From Candidatus Krumholzibacteriia bacterium (GTDB lineage: Bacteria > Krumholzibacteriota > Krumholzibacteriia > Krumholzibacteriales > Krumholzibacteriaceae), in assembly GCA_963836185.1 (NCBI GenBank), contig CAWIIQ010000001.1, positions 1,024,001 through 1,088,000 on the forward strand: DNA of 64,000 bases, read 5' to 3'. Position 1 is the stretch's first letter. The number at the start of each line of letters is the position of its first letter. Both the position numbers and the translations under genes were made by a program. The notes below the pieces were generated by a model. The model did not search any database. It saw only the letters and a program-made list of their open reading frames with translations, and had not been told where the DNA came from. Positions 10,019 to 20,288 of the stretch are shown here, piece by piece.

Positions 10019-10528
10019 ATGAACAGCAGGATAACAAGGCTTGGAAAAGCTGCCGGGCCGGTGCGTGTCGCAACGGCCGGGACCGGATCGCCGGATGAGA
10101 CACTGGCGCTGGGCCGGCGTATCGGTGAGATACTTCCCTTCGGTACGACCATGTCCCTCGAGGGCGGCCTCGGAGCGGGAAAGACCGCACTGGTCAAGGG
10201 GATAGCTATCGGACTCGGCATCGAGGCTGAGGTCCTCAGCCCGACCTTCATCCTTGTGGAGGAGTATCGGGGAGGCGAAGCCCCGCTCCTTCACTACGAC
10301 CTCTACCGGCTCGAGGAACTAGGCGAAGTAGAGAGGATAGGGATGTTCGACGCCGTTGACGGCAGGAACATCGTAGTGGTCGAATGGGGAGACAGGCTCC
10401 CGGAAGGAACGATGGAATTCGACGTGACTGTTTCGATCAGGATAACGGGGGATGACAGGAGGGATATCGAGATCACGGCGCCATCGGCTGTCATCGATGC
10501 CCTCAAGGGATGGGAGGAAGGAGCATGA
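10019..10528 (+). CDS. tsaE: tRNA threonylcarbamoyladenosine biosynthesis ATPase
   Basis: GGLGAGKT, SPTF, HYDLYRL, VEWG. Confidence 0.95.
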   Translation: MNSRITRLGKAAGPVRVATAGTGSPDETLALGRRIGEILPFGTTMSLEGGLGAGKTALVKGIAIGLGIEAEVLSPTFILVEEYRGGEAPLLHYDLYRLEELGEVERIGMFDAVDGRNIVVVEWGDRLPEGTMEFDVTVSIRITGDDRRDIEITAPSAVIDALKGWEEGA

Positions 10529-11250
10529 AGCCTCTGGTGCTCGCTCTCGACGCCTCGCATATGACGGGGAGCGTCGCTGTCACGAGAGGAAGCGATCCGC
10601 TCCACGAGATAATATTCGATGCCAGCGACACTCATTCGGCCACCCTGATGCCCGCGGTAGACAGATGTCTAGCCGCGGCGGGGGCGGCGATAAGGGATAT
10701 CGACCTCTTCGTTACCGTGATAGGTCCCGGATCGTTCACGGGGCTGAGGATCGGCCTCGCCACTGTGAAGGGATTTGCCGCGGTTGCCGGGCGTCCGGTG
10801 GCAGCGGTCGGATCGCTCGAACTTATCGCGGCTGCCGCCGGGGCCGGCAGCGCGTTCGCCGTACCGCTGATAGACGCTCGCAGGGGAGAGGTGTACGCGG
10901 CGATGTACGATATATCAGGCGATCTGCCGGTCGAGGTCCATCCTCCTTTCGCGTCGGTTCCAGGTTCTCTCGCCTCGCGTGTCACCGGGGCCGGGTCCAC
11001 CGGCAGCCTCCTTGTATGCGGTTCGGGATTGAACAGCTATCGTGATGAGCTCGAGGCTTCATTTCCGGCGGGAACCCTTTTCGGCGCTCCGGACTGGTCT
11101 TCGCCGTCGGCAGGTCAGGCGGCCACGCTGGCCCTTGAGCGTGAAGCGGTTCCTTACGAACGGCTTTCAGCACTCGAGCCTCTCTACGTCCGGCCACCGG
11201 ACGCGAAACTGCCTTCCTCAGCCAGGCTCCGGCCCGGGGGCGGCCGATGA
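10525..11250 (+). CDS. tsaB: tRNA threonylcarbamoyladenosine biosynthesis protein
   Basis: LALDAS, HS..LMP, GPGSFTGLRIG, DARRGEVY, EPLYVR. ATG at 10525 overlaps the tsaE stop. Confidence 0.95.
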   Translation: MKPLVLALDASHMTGSVAVTRGSDPLHEIIFDASDTHSATLMPAVDRCLAAAGAAIRDIDLFVTVIGPGSFTGLRIGLATVKGFAAVAGRPVAAVGSLELIAAAAGAGSAFAVPLIDARRGEVYAAMYDISGDLPVEVHPPFASVPGSLASRVTGAGSTGSLLVCGSGLNSYRDELEASFPAGTLFGAPDWSSPSAGQAATLALEREAVPYERLSALEPLYVRPPDAKLPSSARLRPGGGR

Positions 11251-11726
11251 AGAGCGCGGACCTGACGATCAGGGAAATGACCGCGGCCGACATCCCTCCA
11301 CTCCTCGAGATCGAACGCGTATCATTCCCCGTGCCGTGGAGTGCGGGGATGTTCATGATACAGCTCGGCCTGGCCGAAGAGACGGAGAACCTCGTCATAC
11401 TCAGAGGTGAAAGGATAATCGGGTATATTTCCTCATGGTACGGCTACGAGGAGGTGCATATCCTCAGCATCGCGGTAGCAAGCGACCAGAGGGGGAGCCC
11501 CGCGGCGCAGATGCTTCTCGCCGCGGCCGAGGATATGGGGATAAAGAATGGATGCCGCAAGGCGGTCCTTGAGGTGAGGGTAAGCAATGGCCGCGCTATC
11601 AGGTTCTATGAGAAACACGGATTCATTCAGGTCGGCAGGAGGAAGGGCTACTACTCAGACTCGGGCGAGGATGCCCTGATCTTCGACAAGGATATCGGCG
11701 AAGGGATCGATCGGGGGAGCGATTGA
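11247..11726 (+). CDS. rimI: Ribosomal protein S18 alanine N-acetyltransferase
   Basis: IE..SF..PWS, LEVRVSN..AI.FYEK.GF...G.RKGYY...GEDA. Confidence 0.92.
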   Translation: MKSADLTIREMTAADIPPLLEIERVSFPVPWSAGMFMIQLGLAEETENLVILRGERIIGYISSWYGYEEVHILSIAVASDQRGSPAAQMLLAAAEDMGIKNGCRKAVLEVRVSNGRAIRFYEKHGFIQVGRRKGYYSDSGEDALIFDKDIGEGIDRGSD

Positions 11727-12517
11727 CACAGGGGAAAGCCAGCGACGTCATCCAGGTTCCCGCGGAGATGAAAGGGGCCGCCGAAACCGCCGTTGTGATC
11801 GGCTCGGGCCTGTCACCGGAAAGATGGCCGGGGAAGGTCCTCGCGGAAGCGGAATACTCAGGGATAGAGGGTATGGCTGTTCCGGAAGTCGAGGGACATC
11901 CCGGTGACCTGATCCTTCTCGAAACCGGGAGGGGCAAATCGGCGGGAGGCAGGCTGATCGTCTTTGCCGGCAGGGTGCATCTCTACGAGGGAAAGGGCTG
12001 GGACGGCGCCGGCGCCGCCGCGGTCGCCGCCTCGGCGCTGGGATGCCGGAGGATGATCCTGACCCAGGCGGCGGGGAGCCTCAAACGCTCGCTGCATCCC
12101 GGATCCTGGATGCTGCCGTCGGAAGTCATCGCTCTTCCGTGGAATACCCGCACTCAGCGATCACAGGCAGAACCCGTCATATCGCCCAGCCTGCGCGCGA
12201 AAGTAGCCTCGGTGGCCGCCGAAGCAGGCCTGGTACTTGCTGAAGGTATCCTTTACTGGACAGCCGGACCTGCCTACGAGACGCCGGCGGAAGCGCAGGC
12301 GGCCGTACTGATGGGAGCGGACGCGGCTACGATGTCACCACTTCCAGAACTCGCCGCGGCGGCCGGAAAGGGGCTGGAGGCGGTGTGCCTGTCATATCTG
12401 ACGAATTTCGCGCCCAATGTATCGAATGGACCTGCTGGTCATATGGAGGTTCTGGAGGCCGGCAAGAAAGGGGCCGAATGCCTCTCCCGCCTCCTTCCGT
12501 ATCTGGCAAAACTATGA
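11723..12517 (+). CDS. Purine nucleoside phosphorylase (PNP I family)
   Basis: IGSGL, V.GHPG, GRVHLYEG, GPAYETPAE, GADA..MS..PE, LTN. Confidence 0.85.
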   Translation: MTQGKASDVIQVPAEMKGAAETAVVIGSGLSPERWPGKVLAEAEYSGIEGMAVPEVEGHPGDLILLETGRGKSAGGRLIVFAGRVHLYEGKGWDGAGAAAVAASALGCRRMILTQAAGSLKRSLHPGSWMLPSEVIALPWNTRTQRSQAEPVISPSLRAKVASVAAEAGLVLAEGILYWTAGPAYETPAEAQAAVLMGADAATMSPLPELAAAAGKGLEAVCLSYLTNFAPNVSNGPAGHMEVLEAGKKGAECLSRLLPYLAKL

Positions 12518-12613
12518 AAAAAAGGCTTTTTAACGCTCCCTGCAGGGTGTTAAATTAGGTGAACAAAGGATTTTCCCGCTTGTAGGACTTTTCCACAACG
12601 GGGAGGAACAGAT

Positions 12614-13519
12614 ATGAACTGGTTGAAAAAGGCAAAACAGGGGATCAAGACCTGGCGGAAGACGGACGTTCCTGACGGGCTCTGGGAGAAATGTCCCTCG
12701 TGCGGCGAGATCCTGTACAGGAAAGAACTGCTCAAGCAGCGTTCGGTCTGTCCGAAGTGCGAGTATCACTTCCGTATAAATGCCTCGGCGTATATAGATA
12801 TACTGGTCGATGAGGGTTCATTCGTGGAGACCGAGGCCGCTCTGTCATCGAGAGATCCTCTTCACTTCAAGGACAGCAGGAAGTACAGCGATCGCCTGAA
12901 GAGCGCTACGAAGAAGACGGGACGCAATTCAGCGATCATCACCGGCACGGCCGTCATCGAGGGCCAGCCGTCAGCGCTGGCAGTACTGGACTTCAGCTTC
13001 CTGGGCGGAAGCATGGGGTCGGTCGTCGGCGAGAAGATAAAGAGGATAGCGGATGTCGCCATCGAGAACCGGTTCCCGCTGGTAATACTCTCCGCATCGG
13101 GCGGGGCGCGCATGCAGGAGTCTATCCTGTCGCTGATGCAGATGGCCAAGACATCGGCAGCCGTCGCTGCTGTTTCGAGGGCGAGGCTCCCTTATATCTC
13201 GATACTTACCAATCCGACCACGGGCGGCGTGGCGGCTTCGTTCGCATTTCAGGGCGATGTGATCATTGCGGAGCCGAAGGCTCTTGTCGGTTTCGCCGGT
13301 CCGAGAGTGATCCGCGAAACAGTCGGCGAGGAGCTTCCCGAGGGATTCCAGCGCTCCGAGTTTCTGCTCGAGCACGGAATGATCGACATGATCAAAAACC
13401 GCCGCGAGCTCAAGAAAGCCCTCGGTTTCGTTCTCGACTCGCTCACGGGCTCCGGGCTGGCAGGCGCGGAGGCGGAGCAGAGGGAGAATGGCCAGAACAA
13501 GATCACGCTCATCAGGTAG
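12614..13519 (+). CDS. accD: Acetyl-CoA carboxylase carboxyltransferase beta subunit
   Basis: Zn finger LWEKCPSC...CPKC, GGSMG, SGGARMQE, PTTGGV.ASF, FAGPRVI. Confidence 0.97.
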   Translation: MNWLKKAKQGIKTWRKTDVPDGLWEKCPSCGEILYRKELLKQRSVCPKCEYHFRINASAYIDILVDEGSFVETEAALSSRDPLHFKDSRKYSDRLKSATKKTGRNSAIITGTAVIEGQPSALAVLDFSFLGGSMGSVVGEKIKRIADVAIENRFPLVILSASGGARMQESILSLMQMAKTSAAVAAVSRARLPYISILTNPTTGGVAASFAFQGDVIIAEPKALVGFAGPRVIRETVGEELPEGFQRSEFLLEHGMIDMIKNRRELKKALGFVLDSLTGSGLAGAEAEQRENGQNKITLIR

Positions 13520-14798
13520 AGGGATATCCTTTCCCTCGATAGATTTTCTCTTCTCATTGAGACCGACGAAGATGCGGCTCGGCCTGGAGAACATCACGGC
13601 CCTGCTCCGTTCGCGTGGAGACCCTCAGGCGGGTGTCCCTTCGATACTTATCGCAGGGACGAACGGGAAGGGGTCGGTGACCACGTTCGTGTCATCGATA
13701 CTGCGTGCGGCGGGCCTGAAGACAGGCACCTTCTATTCGCCGCATCTGTTCAGGATAAACGAGAGGATCAGGGTCGATGGCGATGAGATCCCCAGTCCCG
13801 AGCTTGACAGGATAATCGGAGAACTCAGGGAAGGGTACGGCGACACGCCGTTCACATTCTTTGAGGGGATCACGGCAGCAGCTGCGATATGGTTCCGCGA
13901 GCGCGGAGTCGACGCGGCGGTCTACGAGGTCGGCCTCGGGGGGAGGCTTGACGCTACCCGGCTCGTCGACGCGAGAGTCACTGTGGTGACCGGGATCGCG
14001 ATCGATCACAGTGAACACCTCGGAGGAACGAGGGCCAGGATACTCGATGAGAAGCTCGGGATCACAAGGCCGGGAGCCCCTCTGGTCGCCAGCCTTTCGA
14101 CGAAAGCGCTGGCGAGCCGGGCGGCCCGTCACTGTGAGGTAATGGGGATCCCGTTCTGTCCAGTATCGAGTGAAGTGGAGCGGTCGGCGGTGAAAATATC
14201 CTCCGGCGGGATGACTTTCTCGCTCGCTACCCCGGTGCGCGATTACGGAACAGTGCGCACCGGGATGATCGGCAGGCACCAGGCCGGCAATGCGGCAACG
14301 GCTGTCAGGGCTGTGGAGGCCTTCCTTCCAGGGCGCCGGCCGGGCAGGGAGGTCGTAAGGAAAGGACTGGCCAGCGCGTCGTTCCCTGGAAGATTTCAGG
14401 TATTAAAGGGGGAACCCCGCGTGATCCTCGACGTATCACATAATGAAGAGGCGCTCTGCGCCTCGATCGATACGCTCCTCCAGCTCTCTCCCCCTGAAAG
14501 GAACGTCATAGTGTTTGGCGTTATGGCCAGGAAACAGCTCGGCAGGTTTCCAGCGAAGGCCATGCGCGGCGCGCGTGAGATCATACTCGTGCCGCTGAAG
14601 GATAAAGGCGCGGCCGGCAGAGATGAGCTCTTCTCGAGATTTTCCGGCGCGGCCGCGGGTTCTGTTCACGCCGCGATAAGGTCGACGGGCGGTATGGCCG
14701 GGGCTATAAAACTCGCGGGCAGGCTGACCGGGCCGGATGATACATTGCTGATACTCGGATCGCATATCGCGGTCGAAGAAGCCATCGCGCGCATGTAG
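13488..14798 (+). CDS. folC: Folylpolyglutamate synthase/dihydrofolate synthase
   Basis: AGTNGKGS, SPHL..INERI, EVGLGGRLDAT, DH...LG, PGRFQ, DVSHN. Confidence 0.92.
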   Translation: MARTRSRSSGRGISFPSIDFLFSLRPTKMRLGLENITALLRSRGDPQAGVPSILIAGTNGKGSVTTFVSSILRAAGLKTGTFYSPHLFRINERIRVDGDEIPSPELDRIIGELREGYGDTPFTFFEGITAAAAIWFRERGVDAAVYEVGLGGRLDATRLVDARVTVVTGIAIDHSEHLGGTRARILDEKLGITRPGAPLVASLSTKALASRAARHCEVMGIPFCPVSSEVERSAVKISSGGMTFSLATPVRDYGTVRTGMIGRHQAGNAATAVRAVEAFLPGRRPGREVVRKGLASASFPGRFQVLKGEPRVILDVSHNEEALCASIDTLLQLSPPERNVIVFGVMARKQLGRFPAKAMRGAREIILVPLKDKGAAGRDELFSRFSGAAAGSVHAAIRSTGGMAGAIKLAGRLTGPDDTLLILGSHIAVEEAIARM

Positions 14799-14824
14799 GC
14801 GATGCGTCTGTGAAAGGAAAAAGG

Positions 14825-15757
14825 ATGAAGAAGATACTCGGTGTCGATATCGGCGGTACGGACATCAAGCTCGGCATAGTGACGGAAGAGGGCGAGATAG
14901 TCGAGAGAGGGAAGATCTCCACGATGGCCGGTGAGGGTGCGCAGCAGGCGGCGGCAAGGGTCGGGGGCTGGCTGCTGGAAAATGGCCGGGAGCACCGGGT
15001 GACGGCTGCGGGCATTGACTGTGCGGGACTTATAGACGGCAGGAAGGGATACCTGTACTATTCCCCGAACCTGCCCGGCTGGACCGATATAGATCTGAGC
15101 GGGCTTTACGCGGATCAGCTCGCCCTGCCTGTGACGGTAGACAACGATGTCAACTGCGCCGCGTGGGGTGAATTCATCCTGGGAGCGGGCAGGGGAACGC
15201 GGCATTTCGTCTGCCTGACCCTGGGAACGGGGATCGGCGGCGGGGTGATCGCGGATGGGCGTCTCTATCGCGGATGGCAGGGTATGGCCGGTGAGGTCGG
15301 CCATCAGGTGATCGATCCGTCGGGGCCGGAGTGTGTCTGTGGCTCGAGGGGGTGCCTCGAGGCGATGGCAAACGCTTCGTCCATAGTGTCGAGGGTCCGG
15401 CTGGCGATAAGAGCCGGAGCGGGGTCGGCGCTGGAGGACAGAGATGATCTTACATCTGAAGATGTCGCCGCAGCCGCTGCTGGTGGAGACAAGGTGGCGA
15501 TAACCGCCCTCGCCGATACTGGTCGCGCACTGGGAACAGGGCTGGCGAATATAGTGCACCTCTTCAACCCCGAGGTGATAGCCGTCGGAGGCGGAGTGGC
15601 AGGCGCCGGTGAGATGATCCTCGGGCCGGCAAGGGAATCGATGCTCGGGCAGCTGATGGATGACATCCTTGCCTCGGTGAGGATCGTTCCGGCCGAACTC
15701 GGGAATATGGCTTCGCTGGTCGGGGCCTCGATGATGGCGCTCGAGACAGTGGACTGA
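14825..15757 (+). CDS. ROK-family sugar kinase (glucokinase-like)
   Basis: GVDIGGT, NDVNCAA, TLGTGIGGG, GEVGH, C.CG..GCLE. Confidence 0.92.
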   Translation: MKKILGVDIGGTDIKLGIVTEEGEIVERGKISTMAGEGAQQAAARVGGWLLENGREHRVTAAGIDCAGLIDGRKGYLYYSPNLPGWTDIDLSGLYADQLALPVTVDNDVNCAAWGEFILGAGRGTRHFVCLTLGTGIGGGVIADGRLYRGWQGMAGEVGHQVIDPSGPECVCGSRGCLEAMANASSIVSRVRLAIRAGAGSALEDRDDLTSEDVAAAAAGGDKVAITALADTGRALGTGLANIVHLFNPEVIAVGGGVAGAGEMILGPARESMLGQLMDDILASVRIVPAELGNMASLVGASMMALETVD

Positions 15758-15781
15758 GAAACGCCTGCAGGAAAGGATCGA

Positions 15782-18700
15782 TTGAAAAGGGTCCTCGCAA
15801 TAACGGCGGCGGCAGCCGCGATATTCACCCTTGCCCTGGCCGGAGGCACACCGCCCCCGGCCCTCGCGCAGCAGACCATCACCTCTCCCGGGGATACATC
15901 TCTCTACCGGATCAGGTTCAACACATTCAGGTCGAGGATAGAGGACGGGCTTCAGGTCTGGCATATGGAAGGCGATGTCCGGATCGACCACCAGAACGCT
16001 ACGGTGACGAGCGAACGGGGGCGCCACTATCCCGAATTGAAGCATACGATTCTCGAGGGCGACGTGCGCGGGGTCGATGGATCGATGCGGATGTTCAGCG
16101 ATCTCGGCGAGTATTTCGGCGAGACGAATATCCTGATAATGATAGACAATGTGCGGCTGATCGACGAGGGGCTCGAGGTGACATGCCGAAGGGCCGAATA
16201 CGACAGGGAAGAGGGAACATTGATTCTCACCGGCAATGTGCGGCTCTCCGACAGCACGAGAGTCATGTATGCCGACTCGATCTTCTACGATCGTCAGATA
16301 GAGACAGCCGATGCGTGGCGGGACGTAGTCATAATAGATACGTCGGAGGATTTCTCAGTATCCGGAGCACACGGCCGGTTTTATCGCACCACGGGTGAAG
16401 CGATCATGTACGAGCACCCCGTCCTCGTCTTCGACGACCATGCCGAAGAGGAAGGACGCGTTACGAGCGAGTGGATGAGCTATGACATGGAGAAGGATGC
16501 CGGTGTCGCCGTCGGAGATGTCAACATGCTCAAGGGGCGCACCAGAGCGACGTGCGATTCGGCCTCGATCTTCAACGATGAAGGATTCATGGAACTGTTC
16601 GGTAACCCGGTCGCGAGAAGCGGCCCGTCGGGGATGACCGGTGAACGGGTGATGCTGTATTACAACGATCAGGGCGTGGAGAAGATCATTCTCCCCGAGA
16701 AGGGCCGCCTGACGGAAGCGCCGAAACCGGAATCCCCGTGGACCGGGGATTCGTGGATCGAGGGTGACTCGATCGTGATCCACATGTCGAACGATGCCGT
16801 GGATTCGGTCCAGATATTCGGTAACGCCAGGGCGATGTATTATCCATATGAGGGTGACGAGAACAAGGTCTCTAACAACTTCTCGCGTGGCGACACGATG
16901 TTCTTCAGGTTCGATGGTCCGGACCTGAGATATGTGAAGATATCCGGTGCCGCCTCGGGTACGTACAACTATCTCAACCTGGGACCTGGAGAGTCGATCG
17001 ATTCACTCGCGGCGCTCGTCGACAGCTCGATAGTGTTCAGGGAATTCGGACGGGACGCCGAGAAGATCATATATGAGGCGAGCGAGATCGAGTATTTCGC
17101 TACGACCGAGGATATCGTCATGCACGACGGCGCGAAGGTGAATTACCAGAACAAGTCCCTTACCGCCGGATATCATAAACTTCAGCTCAAGGCTGAATAT
17201 CCTCGACGCGCACGGTGAGCCGGCGCTCGATGAGAGCGGGCAGATGATGTACGGGTACGGGATGGGATACGATATGGAGACCGAGGGCGGTCTCGTGATG
17301 GACGGATCGACAAAATACGACGACGGGTATTATCTCGGCAAGAGGATCTTCAAGCAGGGCGAAGATGTGCTCAAGGTCTACAGTTCGACATACACAACAT
17401 GCGACTACAGGAAGTCACACTACTCGATGCGGGCCGGCAGGATGAAGGTCTATCTCGACGACAAGATCGTATCGGGCCCGATAACGCTCTACATAGGCGA
17501 GATCCCCTGCTTCTGGCTGCCGTACATGGTCAACTCGATACGACGGGGCCGCCAGTCGGGATTCCTCCGCCCGAATTTCGATATCGGGATCAACAGCCGC
17601 GACGGGCGTTTCATCAGGGGGCTGGGATATTACTGGGCGACGAACGACTATACGGATTTTACGCTTACGACCGATTTCAACGAGAACAGCAACTTTCGCA
17701 TACATCTTACCAACAGGTACAAGCTGAGGTACGTGCTTGGAGGGAACGTCAATCTCGATTTCTTCAGGGACTTCAACAAGAAATCGTATGAGTGGACCTT
17801 CAAGTCGAGTCACAACCAGACCTTCGGCAAGACCGCTTCCCTTCGAAGCAACCTGAGCTTTGTCAGCAGCGACGAGGCGCCTTCCTCGGTATACCGCGCC
17901 GACGACGTCGCGCGCGTCGTGGACAGGCGGATATATTCGACGATCAGCTTCAACAAGAGCTGGGGCGGAACGAGGCTCGGGCTCTCGGCGAGCCGGAACC
18001 AGACACTGAACGTGAGCTCGGACAATCCGAACGTAGTGTATATATCGAGTACGCTCCCGTCTCTTTCCTTCAATCTGCCGAGGATGTCGCTGTGGTTCGG
18101 CGAGAAACATTCGGGATCGGAGAGGGGGCTCTGGGAGGGGATCCTTCGCGAGGTGACCTGGGCGCCCAACCTGAAGGCGACACGTACGACGTCGCAGAGC
18201 GACGCGAGAAGGACTGATGATCTGACGGCGAGCTCCAGTGCTTCTATCAGCAAGCAGAACAGGTTCCTCGGGCTCAATATCGCCCCGGCGATGGGAGTAA
18301 ACTGGAGCTACGCCAATACCTTGAAAGACGAGATCAACCTGAAGTACGTCATACCTCCCCAGGCGGCGGAGATGACCGGTGATACAGTCTCCGTTCCGAT
18401 AACCATCGATCCCTCGAACAACTTTCTCAGGATAATCCTCAATGGAACGGAGAGCGATGACATCCTCATCACCGAGGGTGTATATAACACCGGCGCTTCT
18501 CTCGCGATCGAGCTGGAGAACTCGATCAATTCCTGGGCGGGCTGGGGGTCCGACCAGGTGACCGTCGCATGGCTCGACGATGGCGGAAGTACGGGAAGTT
18601 TCAGGTTCACCTCGAACGTGACAGGCACGGGATCATCGATCGAATTCGTCGATATCCCGAACGCGGTCTACGCGGCGATCGGGATCACGGCTGGGGTGCC

Positions 18701-19718
18701 GGCGTACGGATCGGACCAGTCCGGGCCGACCCCGAACGAGAGGTACAAGAACGAGGTGTCGATGCGTTTTTCTCTCAGCGTGGGAACGACGCTTTACGGA
18801 GTCTTTTATCCGAATATCGGCTCGCTGGTCGGGATCCGGCATACATTCAATCCGTCTGTCTCGTGGTCGTACGTCCCCGCGCTGACATCGAACCAGAGAG
18901 CGACCCAGGGATACAGCTGGTCATTGAGGAATGTCATAGACCTGAAATATCTCAAGGACGGCCAGGAGGCGAAGAAGAACAATGCCTTCACATGGAACAT
19001 GAGCGGAACGTACAGCCCCGAGCTGCAGGAAAGGCAGTTCTCCAATATCAGGTCGAGCATCAGGACGTCGGTGGGCAGGCTGGCCTCAATATCACTGAAC
19101 AACACGATCGATCCATACGAGTGGGAGTTACTCTCATCGAGCTTCTCGGCGAACATGAGTTTCGGCAGCGGTTTTACATGGCCGGGAAAGTGGGACCTGC
19201 CGGAGCGTGAAAAGATCAGGGTCGCGAAGGAGTTGGGCTCGGCGCCGAAGGAAAGCGATGAAGACGAGGAAGAAGACGAGATAGACAGCTACGACGGTTT
19301 CGTTTCCGATTTCGACGACGAGGATAGCTGGTCCGACGAACCAGGAGGAGGCGGACGCCCGGGAGCTTCGGGCAGAGGAACAAGCTGGTCGCTCAATATC
19401 GGCTACAGCTACTCCGGTTTCGGAGGCAACAGCATGTCGAGCCCGACGAGCAAGGTCGACATGCGCGGCAGCTTCAATTTCACGCCGAACTGGAAACTGA
19501 CTTTCAGCAATTACTTCGATATCCAGCGGCGAGAGTTTACGTCTCAGCAGTACAGCCTCATGCGTGATCTTCACTGCTGGCAGGCGGGATTCGTGCACCG
19601 CAGGTTCGGCGACGATTACTCCTATTACTTCCAGATACAGATCAAGGCGCACGGCGATCTCAAGTACGAGCAGGGAAAGAGGGGGCTCGGCGGGACCGTG
19701 CCCGGGTTCCTTGACTGA
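15782..19718 (+). CDS. lptD: Extended LPS-assembly protein LptD (tandem OstA/LptA-like repeats + beta-barrel); one +1 frameshift near 17168
   Basis: ORF 15782-17218 is a signal peptide plus repeated beta-jellyroll motifs. ORF 17244-19718 carries YTTCD, GRQSGFL.P, GYYWA and RDLHCW. Removing one G in GCCGGATATC joins them (KSLTADIINFSSRLNILDAHGEP). Confidence 0.8.
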
Positions 19719-19849
19719 TGTTCGGGCCCCGCTGGCGACCTGCCGGAATCACGTCTGACCTGAATGCGTTCTCCCTTTACTGTTGCGGGCTGCGGGCGGC
19801 ACACCCTCGAAAAAAGTGATAAGAACAGTAAAAAACAGGTATAAAAGTC

Positions 19850-19878
19850 TTGACACCCCTGTCGGGCCGCGATAATCT
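19850..19878 (+). promoter_or_regulatory. sigma70-type promoter of hup
   Basis: TTGACA (19850-55), 17-bp spacer, TAATCT (19873-78), with an A-rich upstream region. Confidence 0.55.
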
Positions 19879-19918
19879 GGCGCCAGTTGAATCACGAAAG
19901 CGAAGGAGGTGATACGAA

Positions 19919-20212
19919 ATGAACAAGACTGATCTCATCGAAAAGGTCGCGAAAAAGACCGGCATGACCAAGAAGGATTCGGCCATGGTTGTCGACGCGA
20001 TCTTCAGCACAGCTCCGAAGGAAGGCATTATTGCGACAGAGCTCGCGGCCAACAGAAGAGTGCAGATAACTGGATTCGGCACCTTCCAGACCCGTAAGCG
20101 CAAGAAACGCAAGGGCCGCAATCCCCAGACGGGCGAGACCATCACGATTCCGGCGACCAAGTTCCCCGCCTTTTCGGCTGGTAAGGCTCTCAAGGGCCGC
20201 GTAGCCAAGTAA
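19919..20212 (+). CDS. hup: HU-family DNA-binding protein
   Basis: [30 protein letters not shown]; strong AAGGAGGT RBS. Confidence 0.95.
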   Translation: MNKTDLIEKVAKKTGMTKKDSAMVVDAIFSTAPKEGIIATELAANRRVQITGFGTFQTRKRKKRKGRNPQTGETITIPATKFPAFSAGKALKGRVAK

Positions 20213-20230
20213 CAGGGGTTTGCATGATAC

Positions 20231-20266
20231 AGGGGCAAGGAGAATGTTTTCACTTTGCCCCTTTTT
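20231..20266 (+). terminator. Rho-independent terminator after hup
   Basis: AGGGGCAAGG...CTTTGCCCCT followed by a T tract. Confidence 0.7.
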
Positions 20267-20288
20267 CCATTCACGTTAGAATCCATAT

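Noticed and set aside
12589-12597. DnaA-box-like TTTTCCACA upstream of accD
   Set aside because: A single box with no cluster or unwinding element, which is expected by chance.
14666-16045. Long antisense ORFs (e.g. 14666-16045, 9010-9966, 30429-31205, 46183-46953)
   Set aside because: Shadow ORFs opposite well-supported genes in GC-rich DNA, with no recognisable motifs.
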